NCBI GenBank assembly: GCA_026708115.1
Contig: JAPOVL010000050.1
Coordinates: 156,876-220,875 of the forward strand
Direction of reading: 5' to 3'
DNA length: 64,000 nucleotides
Source of the DNA: Chloroflexota bacterium
Lineage (GTDB): Bacteria > Chloroflexota > Anaerolineae > Aggregatilineales > Phototrophicaceae
Position numbers and translations under genes: made by a program. Positions 54,020 through 64,000 of this stretch are shown one piece after another. A model generated the notes under the pieces. The model ran no database searches. It was given only the letters and a program-made list of their open reading frames with translations, and was not told the DNA's origin. The first letter of the stretch is position 1, and each line of letters starts with the position of its first letter.

Positions 54020-54673
54020 ATGAACACAGTGATTGAAACCCGCGCCGCGATGATCGCGATCGACGGGGCGCACCCGCTGTGGCGCGACTTTGTGATCGCG
54101 CCAAATTCGAGCGCGGCCACGCGCCGCATCCCAATCTTATTAGTGAGCGACAGTGAAAAACGACGCGCCGAGGCGACGCTCGCTGGCGCCGATTTGACCG
54201 CAAGCTGGCGCGAGTTTGAGCGGAACTGCTGCAAACTGGTGAATGACTTGGCGCGCATTCCCGACCCCGAGATGCTGGATCAACTGGCTTGCGCATGTCG
54301 GGAGAGCTTGCCGCCGCTCGCGATGGAAGGCCTGCAAGAATTCAACCAGGGCAACTACTACCGTCAGCACGACTTGTTCGAGGAGCAATGGGCGAATACA
54401 AGGGGACCTGTTCGCGACCTATATCGCGCGATATTGCAAGTCGGTGTCGCTTATTATCAGATCGAAAACAACAATTATCGTGGCGGGCTAAAAATGTTGC
54501 AGCGCAGTGTTCAATGGTTGCATATCATGCCCGATGCTTGCCAGGGAATCGACGTAGAACAACTGCGGCGCGATTCCTACGCAGTCCGCGCCGAGCTGGA
54601 ACGATTGGGTCCGGAGCGACTGGAGGAATTTGACAGAAATCTGCTCAAACCCGTGATCTGGCACGCGCCTTAG
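54020..54673 (+). CDS. DUF309 domain protein with an N-terminal receiver-like region
   Basis: FNQGNYYRQHDLFEEQW......RDLYRAILQVGVAYYQIENNNYRGGLKMLQR is the DUF309 signature. The start is taken at the ATG at 54020. Confidence 0.7.
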   Translation: MNTVIETRAAMIAIDGAHPLWRDFVIAPNSSAATRRIPILLVSDSEKRRAEATLAGADLTASWREFERNCCKLVNDLARIPDPEMLDQLACACRESLPPLAMEGLQEFNQGNYYRQHDLFEEQWANTRGPVRDLYRAILQVGVAYYQIENNNYRGGLKMLQRSVQWLHIMPDACQGIDVEQLRRDSYAVRAELERLGPERLEEFDRNLLKPVIWHAP

Positions 54674-54727
54674 CGCTTCTCAGTAATTCCAAGTATGTCA
54701 TGCAAATTCCGCATTAACGTCGAGTCG

Positions 54728-54835
54728 CAGGGGCGAGCCCGTGGCTCGCCAACCGTTCCGGTTAGGTTTTGCGGGCGACCCGGCGCCGCGCGTAGGTCGC
54801 GTAGACACTGACCGCCGACACAGCGGGTCGGTCGC
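54728..54835. repeat. family B hairpin plus an inverted family C motif
   Basis: GGGGCGAGCC-CGT-GGCTCGCC (54730-50). The reverse complement of GCGCGTAGGTCGCGTAGACACTGACCGCCGACAC (54788-821) is GTGTCGGCGGTCAGTGTCTACGCGACCTACGCGC. Confidence 0.85.
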
Positions 54836-54897
54836 CCGTACCGCTGACTATTAAGTTGGAGTTACGCGACTTACTTGGATTTACTTCTGTCAATGAA

Positions 54898-56889
54898 CTA
54901 GGGCGCTTCGTTAGAGGGGCTCGACTTGTCATCCGCCAATACATAGCGCGCAAACCAGTCCAGCATGGCGTCATTGTGCGCTCTGCGGAGGTTGATGGCG
55001 CCATAAATCGACGCGCCATGCGAGCCACCGGGTTGCCGCAGCATTTCGACAATACAACCGTTGGCTTTGAGCACGGTGTAGAACTGCTCGGACTGTTCAG
55101 CCGGGCAGCGCCAATCCAATTCGCTTTGTACCAGCAAGGTCGGCGTCACACATTTGTGCGCATAGCTTATAGGCGAGCATTTGTCGTAGACTTCTGGCAC
55201 CTCGTGGGGATGCCCGCCCATCTGCTCAAGGCCAAAATAGATGCCAATGTCGCTGGTGCCGTAGAAGCTGCGCCAATTGGTGACAGGATTTTGCGGAATG
55301 GCGGCTTTGAAGCGGTCCGTCTGCCCGACGATCCAGCAGGACAGGTTCCCGCCGCCGGATGTCCCGCAGACGCCGAGCCGGTCGGCATCGGCCAGCCCCA
55401 GACTGACGGCGTGATCGACGCCAGTCATCAGATCTTGATAATCGAGATTGCCCCAATCGCCTTTGATGGCGGTGGAAAATTCGTCCCCATAACCGGTCGA
55501 CGCGCGGTGGTTGAGGAATAGCACGCCATAGCCAGCGCCCGCCAGCATCTGAAAATCGAAGTGGAACCCATATCCATAGGCGGCGTGCGGACCGCCGTGA
55601 ATATACAGAATGGTCGGATAGGGCGCTTCCGCTCTCGGCGGCTTCATATACCAGCCCTCAACCTCGACACCGTCTACGCTGTCCCATAGCAGGCGCTCGG
55701 TGCAAGGCAGATCAAGGATCGAAAGATGAGCGCCGTTCAAGTGGCTGAGTTGCCGATGACTGCCGGCGGTCAAGTTGGCAAGATACAGATCGGGAGGCGT
55801 GTTGAGCGAGGTGCTGGCATAGAGCAGTTGATCTCCACACAGGTCCAGCGGAAAGACGGCGCACTCGCCGTCGGTGAGGGCCTGGCAAGATTCCGCACCG
55901 CTCAAGGCAATGCGATAGATGTGGTTGACGCCGCCCTCTTGCACCGTAGCTATGGCCGTCCCGCCGTCGTCCGTGATCGCGGTATTCCATTCGCTCAATC
56001 CGGCAGTGGGCATATCCAGCGACAAGCGGCCACCGATGCCGATCGGCCAACCTGTCGTCCGGTTATCCAGGTCGCCGGTGGCGATATCAAGGACATAGAG
56101 ATCCGATTTCGTACCGATCGGCCTGCCGTCATTTGGTCGACCGACGAATACGATTTGCTTTCCGTCCTGCGTGAAATTAGCGCTCTCAATGGATGCCCAT
56201 CCCCCGAGTACTGTCTTGCAAACCCCGTCCAGGTTCACGGTCATCAGATCGGGCGTCATAGCTCGGGCGGCGTCGGCTCGCATGGTGGCGTCGTACAGAA
56301 TCTCGTTTCCTACGGGCGACCAGCGGAGGTTGATGTTGTTGGTTCGGTCCTCGGTCAATTGACGCGTTTCGCCGCTGGCGAGTTCGAGCACAAAAATGTC
56401 CTGGACCGTTTGATCGAGATAGCCGATGGCGTCGAAGCGGTAAACAGTGCGGTCGACGCGATACGGTTCTGCGCCCAGGTCGAGAGGTTCGCCGGCAGGC
56501 GCGGCGCTGAAGGCGATCTTGCTGCCATCGGGGGACCAGGCGAAGCCCCCGCCGATGCCGCGCTCGGCATCGGTCAGTTGGCGCGACTCGCCGCCATCAA
56601 CCGGCAGCAGATATAGCTGCTGCAGCCCAGCGCGGTCGGAGACGAATGCGATTGATTTGCCATCGGGCGACCACTGAGGATTGCTGTCTTTGGCTGCAGC
56701 GCTGGTTAGCTGTTTGGTCGATCCGCGATCGAGATCGAGCAGGTAAATTGTCAGATACTCTTTGTCTTCCTCGGCGTTGATCTGCGACACGGAATAGGCG
56801 ACTTGGGAGGTGTCGGGTGACAGCTTGCCACCGTTGAGAAAGCGCAGATTGAACAGATCTTCCGGTTGGATGGCGCGTTTGTCTGGCAT
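54898..56889 (-). CDS. S9 family serine peptidase with an N-terminal beta-propeller
   Basis: The propeller repeats are of the WSPDG type. The catalytic domain has GTSGGG (GxSxGG), then D and H regions (YGTSD, GGSHG). Confidence 0.9.
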   Translation of the reverse strand: MPDKRAIQPEDLFNLRFLNGGKLSPDTSQVAYSVSQINAEEDKEYLTIYLLDLDRGSTKQLTSAAAKDSNPQWSPDGKSIAFVSDRAGLQQLYLLPVDGGESRQLTDAERGIGGGFAWSPDGSKIAFSAAPAGEPLDLGAEPYRVDRTVYRFDAIGYLDQTVQDIFVLELASGETRQLTEDRTNNINLRWSPVGNEILYDATMRADAARAMTPDLMTVNLDGVCKTVLGGWASIESANFTQDGKQIVFVGRPNDGRPIGTKSDLYVLDIATGDLDNRTTGWPIGIGGRLSLDMPTAGLSEWNTAITDDGGTAIATVQEGGVNHIYRIALSGAESCQALTDGECAVFPLDLCGDQLLYASTSLNTPPDLYLANLTAGSHRQLSHLNGAHLSILDLPCTERLLWDSVDGVEVEGWYMKPPRAEAPYPTILYIHGGPHAAYGYGFHFDFQMLAGAGYGVLFLNHRASTGYGDEFSTAIKGDWGNLDYQDLMTGVDHAVSLGLADADRLGVCGTSGGGNLSCWIVGQTDRFKAAIPQNPVTNWRSFYGTSDIGIYFGLEQMGGHPHEVPEVYDKCSPISYAHKCVTPTLLVQSELDWRCPAEQSEQFYTVLKANGCIVEMLRQPGGSHGASIYGAINLRRAHNDAMLDWFARYVLADDKSSPSNEAP

Positions 56890-57121
56890 ATTGACCTCGG
56901 GGAATCGAATTTGACGTGTGCCAATTGTAACAGCTTTATGGCTGGCAGAGAGCGATTGGCTGCGCAGTCAGAGCAGCATGCGTGTATTTGCAGCTATAGG
57001 GTAGACGCAAGTTTCCACCGCTGTTTTCGGAGACCAGTGTTTGGGATCGGCCGGCGCGCTGACGATAAGCGGAAACTACTGTATGATAGCCATGGCGAAC
57101 GCAGCAGCAAAGGAAAGCTAC

Positions 57122-57907
57122 ATGACCCAGAGACGCGACTCCAAGACCTTGTCACAACAGCGATACACTCAATATGCCGATGGTTACATCACCAGCGAGA
57201 CCCATGCCAAGGGCTCCGACTTGGATCGGCTTCTGGCAATCGCGGAGCCGCAATCAGACTGGCAAATGCTCGATGTCGCTACCGGTGGCGGGCATACGGC
57301 GCTCAAGTTCGCGCCGCATGTGCAGCATGTGATCGCCAGCGACTTGACCCCGCGCATGTTGGAAAAAGCGGAACAGTTTATCGTGACGGAGCAGGGCGCA
57401 GGCAACGTTTCATTTCGGCAGGCTGATGCCGAGAACTTGCCTTTCGACGAGGCGCGCTTCGACTTGGTGACTTGCCGCATTGCCCCTCACCACTTCCCCA
57501 ATGCGCAGGCCTTTGCGCGCGAGTGTGCCCGCGTCCTGAAACAGGGCGGCCTGCTGCTGCTTCAGGATCAGTTGTTGCCGGATGATCACGAGGCGGCGCG
57601 TTTCGTTGATGACTTCGAGCGCCGGCGCGATCCCAGCCACCATCGCGCTTTCAACAGCGCCGAGTGGCACGCGATGTTTGCCGCGGCTGGCCTCGTTGTT
57701 GAGCACAGCGAAGAATACATCAAGCGCCATGACTTTCTCGATTGGGCGAAGCGGCAAGGCAATGATGAAGCAGCCATCGCAGAGTTGATCCGGATGTTGG
57801 ACGAGGCAGCGCCGATCGCAAGAGACTGGATGGCTCCAGAGCATTGGGGGACGGAGGCAGCAACTTTTGTGAATCGTCATATCTTGATACGCGGTCGCGC
57901 GAATTGA
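57122..57907 (+). CDS. class I SAM-dependent methyltransferase
   Basis: LDVATGGGHTAL (motif I) and FDLVTCRIAPHHF. AGGAAAG lies upstream of the ATG at 57122, and the ATG at 57092 is an alternative. Confidence 0.85.
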   Translation: MTQRRDSKTLSQQRYTQYADGYITSETHAKGSDLDRLLAIAEPQSDWQMLDVATGGGHTALKFAPHVQHVIASDLTPRMLEKAEQFIVTEQGAGNVSFRQADAENLPFDEARFDLVTCRIAPHHFPNAQAFARECARVLKQGGLLLLQDQLLPDDHEAARFVDDFERRRDPSHHRAFNSAEWHAMFAAAGLVVEHSEEYIKRHDFLDWAKRQGNDEAAIAELIRMLDEAAPIARDWMAPEHWGTEAATFVNRHILIRGRAN

Positions 57908-57919
57908 CCGGAGCGTGCG

Positions 57920-59035
57920 GTGCCGAATCTGTTGGTGGCAACGGGAATCTTCCATCCTGAGCCGGGCGGACCGTCCACGTATCTGCGGCAGATCTTGCCC
58001 GCGCTGCAAGAGCGCGGATGGAGCGTCCGAGTTGTCAGTTACGGCGAAAGCAGCGCGACTGAGTATCCCTATCTGGTCAGGCGCGTCGAGCGCAAAATAT
58101 ATCCGCTCCGTCTGGCCAAATACGGCTTCGAAATACGAGACCATGCGGATTGGGCGGATCTGACTTACGCGCATTCTATCGATCTGCCACTTTGGGGTAC
58201 AGGCGCGCCTCGCGTCCTGAAAGTAGTTGGCGATCAAGCTTGGGAACGCTGCGTGCGGAAGCGTTGGATCCCGCCCGACCTAAGCATCGACCGATTCCAG
58301 AAATACCGTGGCGGTTGGCGCGCTCGCTGGCAGCAGGCTTCTCGCTCGCGCCAGGCGATGTCTATGGACGCCGTGATCGTGCCGAGTCTTTATCTCCTTC
58401 GTATGGCGCAGAACTGGGGTGTGGCGGGAGCCAAACTCCATCTCATCTACAATGCTCTGCCTGATGTGGATGCGTCAAGCATTGACCGCGCCGCGCTACG
58501 CGCTGAATTGGGCTGGGATAGCCGCCCGACTCTGCTTTCCGCGGCGCGCTTGCAGCCCTGGAAGGGGATCGATCATCTGATTAGCGTACTATCCGATTTG
58601 CCTGATCTGCATTTGGTGGTGGTCGGTGACGGTCCGGATTTGCCCAGGCTGCAAACTTTGGCCGCAAAGTTTGGCAATCGTGTACGTTTTCTGGGCTACC
58701 TGCCGCAAAAGGAGGTGCACAAACTGATGGCGGCGGCGGATGGTCTTGTCCTCTATAGCGGCTACGAAGGTCTGTCTCATACGCTGTTGGAGTGTTTGCA
58801 ATTGGGCACGCCCGTCTTGGCCAGCGACAAGGGCGGCAACCCGGAACTCGTGCGTGATGGCAGCAATGGCGTTCTCGTGCCGTATGTGGATCTTGAGGCG
58901 CTTCGGCAAGGCATTAAACGGCTGTTACGGCGACGCGATCAATTTGCAGCCAATACGTTGACCGGCATGGAACGCTTCAGTTTTGAAAACATGGTGGAGC
59001 AAACGGACGCGCTGTTCAGATCAATATTAAGGTGA
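57920..59035 (+). CDS. GT4 family glycosyltransferase
   Basis: GGPSTY at the N-terminus and YEGLSHTLLECLQLGTPVLASD.GGNPE (E-x7-E). Confidence 0.9.
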   Translation: MPNLLVATGIFHPEPGGPSTYLRQILPALQERGWSVRVVSYGESSATEYPYLVRRVERKIYPLRLAKYGFEIRDHADWADLTYAHSIDLPLWGTGAPRVLKVVGDQAWERCVRKRWIPPDLSIDRFQKYRGGWRARWQQASRSRQAMSMDAVIVPSLYLLRMAQNWGVAGAKLHLIYNALPDVDASSIDRAALRAELGWDSRPTLLSAARLQPWKGIDHLISVLSDLPDLHLVVVGDGPDLPRLQTLAAKFGNRVRFLGYLPQKEVHKLMAAADGLVLYSGYEGLSHTLLECLQLGTPVLASDKGGNPELVRDGSNGVLVPYVDLEALRQGIKRLLRRRDQFAANTLTGMERFSFENMVEQTDALFRSILR

Positions 59036-59041
59036 AGTCGC

Positions 59042-59728
59042 TTAACGCTTGATAAAGCGATAGCCAACACCGCGAGAGGTGAGGATGTACTCGGGTTGCT
59101 GCGGATTTGTCTCCAACTTCTGCCGCAGGTAATGAATATAAAGTTTGAGGCTGTCAATGGCGTCGCTGTATTCTTCGCCCCAGGCTTCGGTGACCAATTC
59201 ATTGCGGGTGACCACGCGGCCCGCGTTGCGAACCAGCACTGCCAGCAGATTGAATTCCTTGGGAGTCAGATGTTTGTGCGTGTTCTTGACCCAGACTTCG
59301 CGGTTCATAAAGTTAATCCGAAATTCTCCTCGGTTGAACACAAGTTCTTCGCTCATGTTGGGCCTGGGGGACCGGCGCAAACGCGCGCGGATTCGCGCAA
59401 CCAGCTCATCGTCATCAAAAGGTTTAACAATATAATCATCAGCGCCGATGTCCAATCCTTTTACAATGTCTTTGGCATTGCCCCGGGCAGTCAAGAAGAT
59501 AATAGGCACGTCCGACATCTCGCGCAGCCGCTTGCAAACTTCCCAACCGTCGGTATTTGGCATCACGACGTCGAGCAAAACCAAATCCGGCTGGTGATGA
59601 TAGGCCATTCGCAAGCCCCCCTGCGCGCAATAGGCCTTGAATACTTCAAATCCTCGCCGCGCCAAGAGCATGGAAACAATTTGAACTGTAGGCTTTTCAT
59701 CATCAATAACCAGTATTTTCTCCGCCAT
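59042..59728 (-). CDS. OmpR/PhoB-family response regulator (no adjacent kinase)
   Basis: ILVIDDE, DLVLLDVVMP, T.DGWEV, FLTAR and KPF, followed by a winged helix (LTPKEF.LL..L, GVGYRF). Confidence 0.95.
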   Translation of the reverse strand: MAEKILVIDDEKPTVQIVSMLLARRGFEVFKAYCAQGGLRMAYHHQPDLVLLDVVMPNTDGWEVCKRLREMSDVPIIFLTARGNAKDIVKGLDIGADDYIVKPFDDDELVARIRARLRRSPRPNMSEELVFNRGEFRINFMNREVWVKNTHKHLTPKEFNLLAVLVRNAGRVVTRNELVTEAWGEEYSDAIDSLKLYIHYLRQKLETNPQQPEYILTSRGVGYRFIKR

Positions 59729-60082
59729 TTGGTTTAGCTCCTGAGCCCGTTTAATACTTCACTGAATCAGACAATCCACGCCACTCGCCGTTATCACGAA
59801 GTACTACAGCGATTGTCATAATGTTAATGCGATCAAATCTCAATAACTTTATAACAAAAATTACTAAATATGAATAGCCTCCTTTTCGCTCTTGGACCTT
59901 TTGAGCGAAAATGCTTCGAATTGTCGCGCAAATATTGCGAGGATACTTCGCTCTCGGCACAGCAGTGGAGAGATGGTCTTTCCGGAATCGACTTTCGAAT
60001 CTGCTTTTACATTTTGCGTCGTTGACGGGCCTGGTTCTTTGCAGTTTGCGAAACAAATTGCTGCGCGAGTTTTGAGAAAAGA

Positions 60083-60484
60083 TTACATTTGTATCGATTT
60101 GACAAGTCGCTCGGCACGTTCAAAGAAGCTGGCAAACACGGCAACAGTCGCGTTGATTTCCACTACAATCACGACGCCATTGTCTAATCGTACCACACTT
60201 TTGTCCGCATTCTCAACCTGGGTCAATGTTACAGTGCTTTGATCCGGGGCTACAAACGCGACTTTCAAGTAGTTGGTATCGGACGTGCTGAGTTTTACAA
60301 CACGCCAGTTTGAAGGGTAGTCGAGTTGAAATATACCGGCGTCGAAGCGGGTTTCGCTAACGGTGACAAAAGCGCCCGGCGTATGCTGGATTTGCGGCGG
60401 CGTTTCGGCAGGCACCAAGGGCGAACATGCGCAGGCGAAGAGTAAAAAAATGGCGCAGATGCGATGGCACATGGTATGTTTCAA
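60083..60484 (-). CDS. hypothetical lipoprotein (133 aa)
   Basis: It has a signal peptide with the lipobox AIFLLFACAC. Confidence 0.55.
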   Translation of the reverse strand: MKHTMCHRICAIFLLFACACSPLVPAETPPQIQHTPGAFVTVSETRFDAGIFQLDYPSNWRVVKLSTSDTNYLKVAFVAPDQSTVTLTQVENADKSVVRLDNGVVIVVEINATVAVFASFFERAERLVKSIQM

Positions 60485-60505
60485 ACTGGCCTGGCGCGAA
60501 GGCGC

Positions 60506-60739
60506 CTACATCTCTGCAATAGAACGCGTGTCGGTCTTGCCTACGCCGTTGACTTTGCGAATGGCGCGGATCGTATTCATGAGCTTCGCATTATCTTCGG
60601 CTTCTACATAGGCAATGCAGTCGACGGGTCCAACGACCAAATCGGCGCGTTCGACTCCGTCGAGCCCCCGGAGGTCGCGTAGTGAATCGGCGAAGTCGAC
60701 CGATATGTTCAAGTGAATCAGCACGTAGGCAGCAGGCAT
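60506..60739 (-). CDS. stand-alone Lrp/AsnC ligand-binding (RAM) domain protein
   Basis: 77 aa. AYVLI.........L..L.GVE....V.G..D.IAYVEA.D...L has a RAM-domain pattern. Confidence 0.65.
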   Translation of the reverse strand: MPAAYVLIHLNISVDFADSLRDLRGLDGVERADLVVGPVDCIAYVEAEDNAKLMNTIRAIRKVNGVGKTDTRSIAEM

Positions 60740-60742
60740 AGT

Positions 60743-61141
60743 TTAACCTCTCAAGATGCGGCCGTCATTTAACTTATACCTGTTTTCGTCTTTAGGAGCA
60801 ATTGCAGGAGAAACTTGGTAGTGTATCGATTTCGGTTGAAATAGACAATGACGCAGCCAAGCCGTCAGCGTACAGGAAATCGTTTGCCAGAGTGACGCCG
60901 CGCTCCACCGGTTTTGCCGAAAATCCGCATATTTGGCAAGGGAATCGACGGGTTCGGCAAAGGCCTTATCCCCCGCTGTGATTGGGATTGCGGGTTGATT
61001 GAGGGCGGGATTTGCCATTGCCGGCAAAGGTGAATATTCGGCAAAGGCAGCGAGCGCGTTCTTTTCTTCGTGCGGGCAGGCGGGTATTTTGGCATGATGG
61101 TCCTTGGGAGGGTGACTTTGCTGGCAGGGTAGCATAGGCAT
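60743..61141 (-). CDS. hypothetical protein (132 aa or shorter)
   Basis: It is the only long ORF covering this interval. It stops 3 nt before the RAM gene start. I recognise no motif, and the start may be the internal Met (MANPALN). Confidence 0.35.
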   Translation of the reverse strand: MPMLPCQQSHPPKDHHAKIPACPHEEKNALAAFAEYSPLPAMANPALNQPAIPITAGDKAFAEPVDSLAKYADFRQNRWSAASLWQTISCTLTAWLRHCLFQPKSIHYQVSPAIAPKDENRYKLNDGRILRG

Positions 61142-61269
61142 GAGGCAAAGTGGCGACTATTTGGTCGCGGTTTAGGATAAAGCGCCTGGAATTGCCCGGC
61201 TAAATGGCGCTAGCGAGATTCGATGCAGGAACGCAAACATTTCAACCTAAATGGATACACTTCCAGAAA

Positions 61270-62820
61270 CTACTCCCACTCGATCGTGCCGGGTGGTTTG
61301 CTGGTAATATCGTAAGTGACGCGGTTGATACCCGCTACCTCGTTCACGATTCGCGCACTCACCCGCGCCAGCAGATCGAAAGGCAAGCGCGCCCAATCCG
61401 CGGTCATGAAATCGTCTGTGGTCACGGCGCGCAATACAATAACTTCTTCATAGCTGCGATTGTCGCCCATCACCCCCACGCTCTTGACGGGCAACAGTAC
61501 GGCGAAACTTTGAGCGGTGCCTCGACGCAGCAAGTCGGCGTCGGCAAGTTCGCTAGCGAATATGGCGTCGGCGGCTCGCAGCTTCTCCAGCCGCTCCCAG
61601 CGCAGTTCTCCCAGACAGCGAATGGCCAAGCCGGGCCCGGGGAAGGGTTGACGCCAGACGATGGCCTCTGGCAATCCAAGCTCTTCACCTATCGTGCGAA
61701 CCTCGTCTTTGAACAGGTCGCGCAGCGGTTCGATCAGTTCAAAGTTCAGATCGGCGGGCAGCCCGCCCACATTGTGATGCGACTTGATCGTTTTGGCTGC
61801 CTTGCTACCGACAGCACTTTCGATGACGTCGGGATAGATCGTGCCTTGCGCCAGAAAACGGATACCTTGCAACTTGCGGGCTTCGGCGCTGAACACATCA
61901 ATGAATAGCTGGCCAATTGTCTTGCGCTTGGCTTCGGGCTCCGTCACTCCGGAAAGCGCGTCAAGAAATAGTTCTACCGCGTTGACCGCGATTAAGCTCA
62001 TTTCCTGTTTTTCGCGAAAGATGCGTATAACATCGTCGGCTTCGCCCAGGCGCAACAGTCCATGGTCGACGAAAATGGCGGTGAGTTGCTCGCCGATGGC
62101 GCGGTGGATCAGCGCGCCGGCCACAGCGGAGTCTACGCCGCCGCTCAAGGCCAGCAATACATGCTCGTCGCCCACCGTCTCGCGGATCCTGGCAACCGAG
62201 TTGCCGATAAAGGCTGCCGGAGTCCATTGCTCGCTGCAGCGGCAAATCTCGAAAAGAAAGTTGGCGAGCATGTCTTTGCCCTGTGGGCTGTGATTGACTT
62301 CCGGGTGGAATTGGACACCGTAGTATTGCCGGCTCAAATCACCAATCGCGGCATAGGCGGAGTTTTCAGATTCCGCCAGAGCGGCGAAGCCTACGGGGGG
62401 CGCTTCAATGCGGTCACCGTGGGACATCCACACATCTAATTTGCCAGGCAAATTGTCGAAGAGCGGACTTCGCTCGGCACGAGTGATGGTCGCTGGCCCG
62501 TATTCCTTTTGGCTTGCGCTGTCGACCACCCCGCCAAGAGCATGCGTCAGCAGTTGCATCCCGTAGCAGATGCCCAAGACAGGCTTGCCGCTATCCAACA
62601 GGAAGCGTTGCAGGTAAGGCGCTCCCGCTTGGTAAACGCTTTCCGGACCACCCGAAAGAATATAGCCGGCAGGATCATGCCGATTGATAAGAGCGGCGCT
62701 GCTGTCGTAGGCGTAGACCTCTGAATAGACGCCCAATTCACGAATGCGCCGGGCGATCAACTGCGTATATTGCGAGCCATAGTCAAGGACTGCGATTCCG
62801 CCACACTTCAGCTTGTCCAT
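61270..62820 (-). CDS. guaA: GMP synthase (glutamine-hydrolysing)
   Basis: [47 protein letters not shown] and the C-terminal IEWE. The start is at the ATG at 62820. The track ORF reads further upstream to 62988. Confidence 0.95.
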   Translation of the reverse strand: MDKLKCGGIAVLDYGSQYTQLIARRIRELGVYSEVYAYDSSAALINRHDPAGYILSGGPESVYQAGAPYLQRFLLDSGKPVLGICYGMQLLTHALGGVVDSASQKEYGPATITRAERSPLFDNLPGKLDVWMSHGDRIEAPPVGFAALAESENSAYAAIGDLSRQYYGVQFHPEVNHSPQGKDMLANFLFEICRCSEQWTPAAFIGNSVARIRETVGDEHVLLALSGGVDSAVAGALIHRAIGEQLTAIFVDHGLLRLGEADDVIRIFREKQEMSLIAVNAVELFLDALSGVTEPEAKRKTIGQLFIDVFSAEARKLQGIRFLAQGTIYPDVIESAVGSKAAKTIKSHHNVGGLPADLNFELIEPLRDLFKDEVRTIGEELGLPEAIVWRQPFPGPGLAIRCLGELRWERLEKLRAADAIFASELADADLLRRGTAQSFAVLLPVKSVGVMGDNRSYEEVIVLRAVTTDDFMTADWARLPFDLLARVSARIVNEVAGINRVTYDITSKPPGTIEWE

Positions 62821-62905
62821 GTCTCGCGCCCCATGTTTTCTCGCCTTGGAAGCCCATCCCGATGGCTTGACGTCGCAAGTTCCGGCGGCCGGCTGAAGCG
62901 ATTCT

Positions 62906-63943
62906 CTAAAACAGCAGTTTGGCCAGCTTGAGAATGCCTTGGCTCCAGGGTGCCCGGTGCGAAATGCCTGATTGGCTTTCGATGGCATCGAGATTGTCGA
63001 GGTACCATTGATAATTGCGTATCAGCGCGTCTTTATTGGAAAACTTCGGCGTGAAGCCCAATTGTTCTTTCGCTTTTTGGATCGAGACATAAGAGTCCTT
63101 TGCCGCCGTCTCGTAGACCCACTTGTAAAGCGGCGAAAGTTGCAAGGATTCCAAGAGGCGCAACAAGCAAATGGCGGGCTCGGCGGGCAAACCGGTTACC
63201 TTCTTGCCGAAACCAGCGTAGTCGAGTACGGCCTGGTAATCTTCGCCCATGGTCGTAAAATCTTCGGCGCCGATGTTGAAGGTGTCGTTGATTGCACCCT
63301 CGGGCAGGGTCATGCACAAGCAAATTGCTTCACAAAGATCTTCGACATCCAGAAGCTGATAGCGATTGCTGCCGTCGCCTAACATGGGGAAACCACGACC
63401 GTCTTTGGCCCAATCATAGAAGAGGGCGAAAACCCCCAGGCGCTCCGGTCCCACAAAGGACTTGGGGCGGATTACCGGAACGGTCATGCCTTCGTCTCGG
63501 TAAGCGAAACAGATGTCTTCCGCTTTCACCTTGGCTTCGCCATAGGGTCCGACGCCAACCCGCGCATCGTCTTCGTACAAGGGATGATGGTCGGGAATAC
63601 CGTAAACCGCTGTTGAGGAAATGTGGATGAACCTCTGGATACCGCTCTGCCTGGCGGAGTCTATCACATTGTGCGTGCCATCAATATCGGTTGAATAGAT
63701 CTCTTCTGGCGAATATAGTGGCAGCGCCGCCGCGCAATGTACTACAAAATCTACATCGTCCATCGCTCGATCCACCAGTGTCCGGTCGCGGATGTCACCG
63801 GTGATCTCGTTGATTTGATCCCGTTCGGGATAGGTAAAATCCTCGATATCAAGCGAGACAATGTCGTGATCCTTGGCCAGCAAGTAACGAGCGAGGTTGA
63901 TGCCCAGGAATCCGGCGCCGCCCGTCAATAATACTCGTGCCAT
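62906..63943 (-). CDS. NAD-dependent epimerase/dehydratase family
   Basis: [14 protein letters not shown] and YGEAK (YxxxK). Confidence 0.9.
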   Translation of the reverse strand: MARVLLTGGAGFLGINLARYLLAKDHDIVSLDIEDFTYPERDQINEITGDIRDRTLVDRAMDDVDFVVHCAAALPLYSPEEIYSTDIDGTHNVIDSARQSGIQRFIHISSTAVYGIPDHHPLYEDDARVGVGPYGEAKVKAEDICFAYRDEGMTVPVIRPKSFVGPERLGVFALFYDWAKDGRGFPMLGDGSNRYQLLDVEDLCEAICLCMTLPEGAINDTFNIGAEDFTTMGEDYQAVLDYAGFGKKVTGLPAEPAICLLRLLESLQLSPLYKWVYETAAKDSYVSIQKAKEQLGFTPKFSNKDALIRNYQWYLDNLDAIESQSGISHRAPWSQGILKLAKLLF

Positions 63944-64000
63944 TTGTCTCGCGTCTCCCGTGTCGCCAAACGGCGCATTCCTCGCTTGTCCGTATTCTAT

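Noticed and set aside
59729-60082. The AT-rich 354-bp spacer upstream of the response regulator, as a possible ncRNA or mobile remnant.
   Set aside because: I saw only short imperfect palindromes (for example GCAGTTTG-CGAAA-CAAATTGC), with no repeats shared with other loci and no recognisable RNA motif. It is most simply a promoter/regulatory spacer.

Overview
Moderately GC-rich bacterial chromosomal segment. Gene content and protein style suggest a Chloroflexota-like organism, but that is only a guess. I can support about 55 protein genes, one tRNA-Arg(ACG), three intrinsic terminators and a few sigma-70-like promoters. The genes cover translation (rpsB, tsf, pyrH, rpoD, dtd, rsmI, yceD), nucleotide metabolism (guaA, xpt), cell-envelope and glycan functions (PBP1A, GT2, three GT4, polyprenyl synthase, epimerases), many peptidases and hydrolases, P450, amt and araB. 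No CRISPR array, rRNA, transposase or prophage is visible. Three things stand out. (1) A MerB-family (alkylmercury-lyase-like) gene sits between tsf and pyrH. Its reading frame is interrupted by one in-frame TGA that aligns with catalytic Cys159 of MerB. The frame then stays open and MerB-like for 73 more codons, and a small GU-loop hairpin lies about 20 nt downstream. It is therefore either a candidate selenoprotein or a point-nonsense pseudogene. (2) Five intergenic regions (17.2-17.6, 24.9-25.8, 31.9-32.7, 33.7-34.0 and 54.7-54.85 kb), plus scattered sites, hold at least six families of short structured repeats. These include a textbook MITE (perfect 15-bp terminal inverted repeats plus a 9-bp target duplication), a second MITE-like family, and a recurring module made of a perfect 8-bp GC hairpin followed by four G-runs. 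(3) Unusual proteins and sites include a TIR-FHA fusion, a Zn-ribbon protein translationally coupled to a 571-aa protein with an XPB-DRD-like domain but no helicase, and a repeat-flanked HTH protein with a near-consensus promoter. There are also four direct repeats at exact 11-bp phasing upstream of a sulfatase, a 16-nt poly-C tract, and apparent enrichment of GCGATCGC. All homology statements come from motif recognition by eye and from memory. No searches were run.
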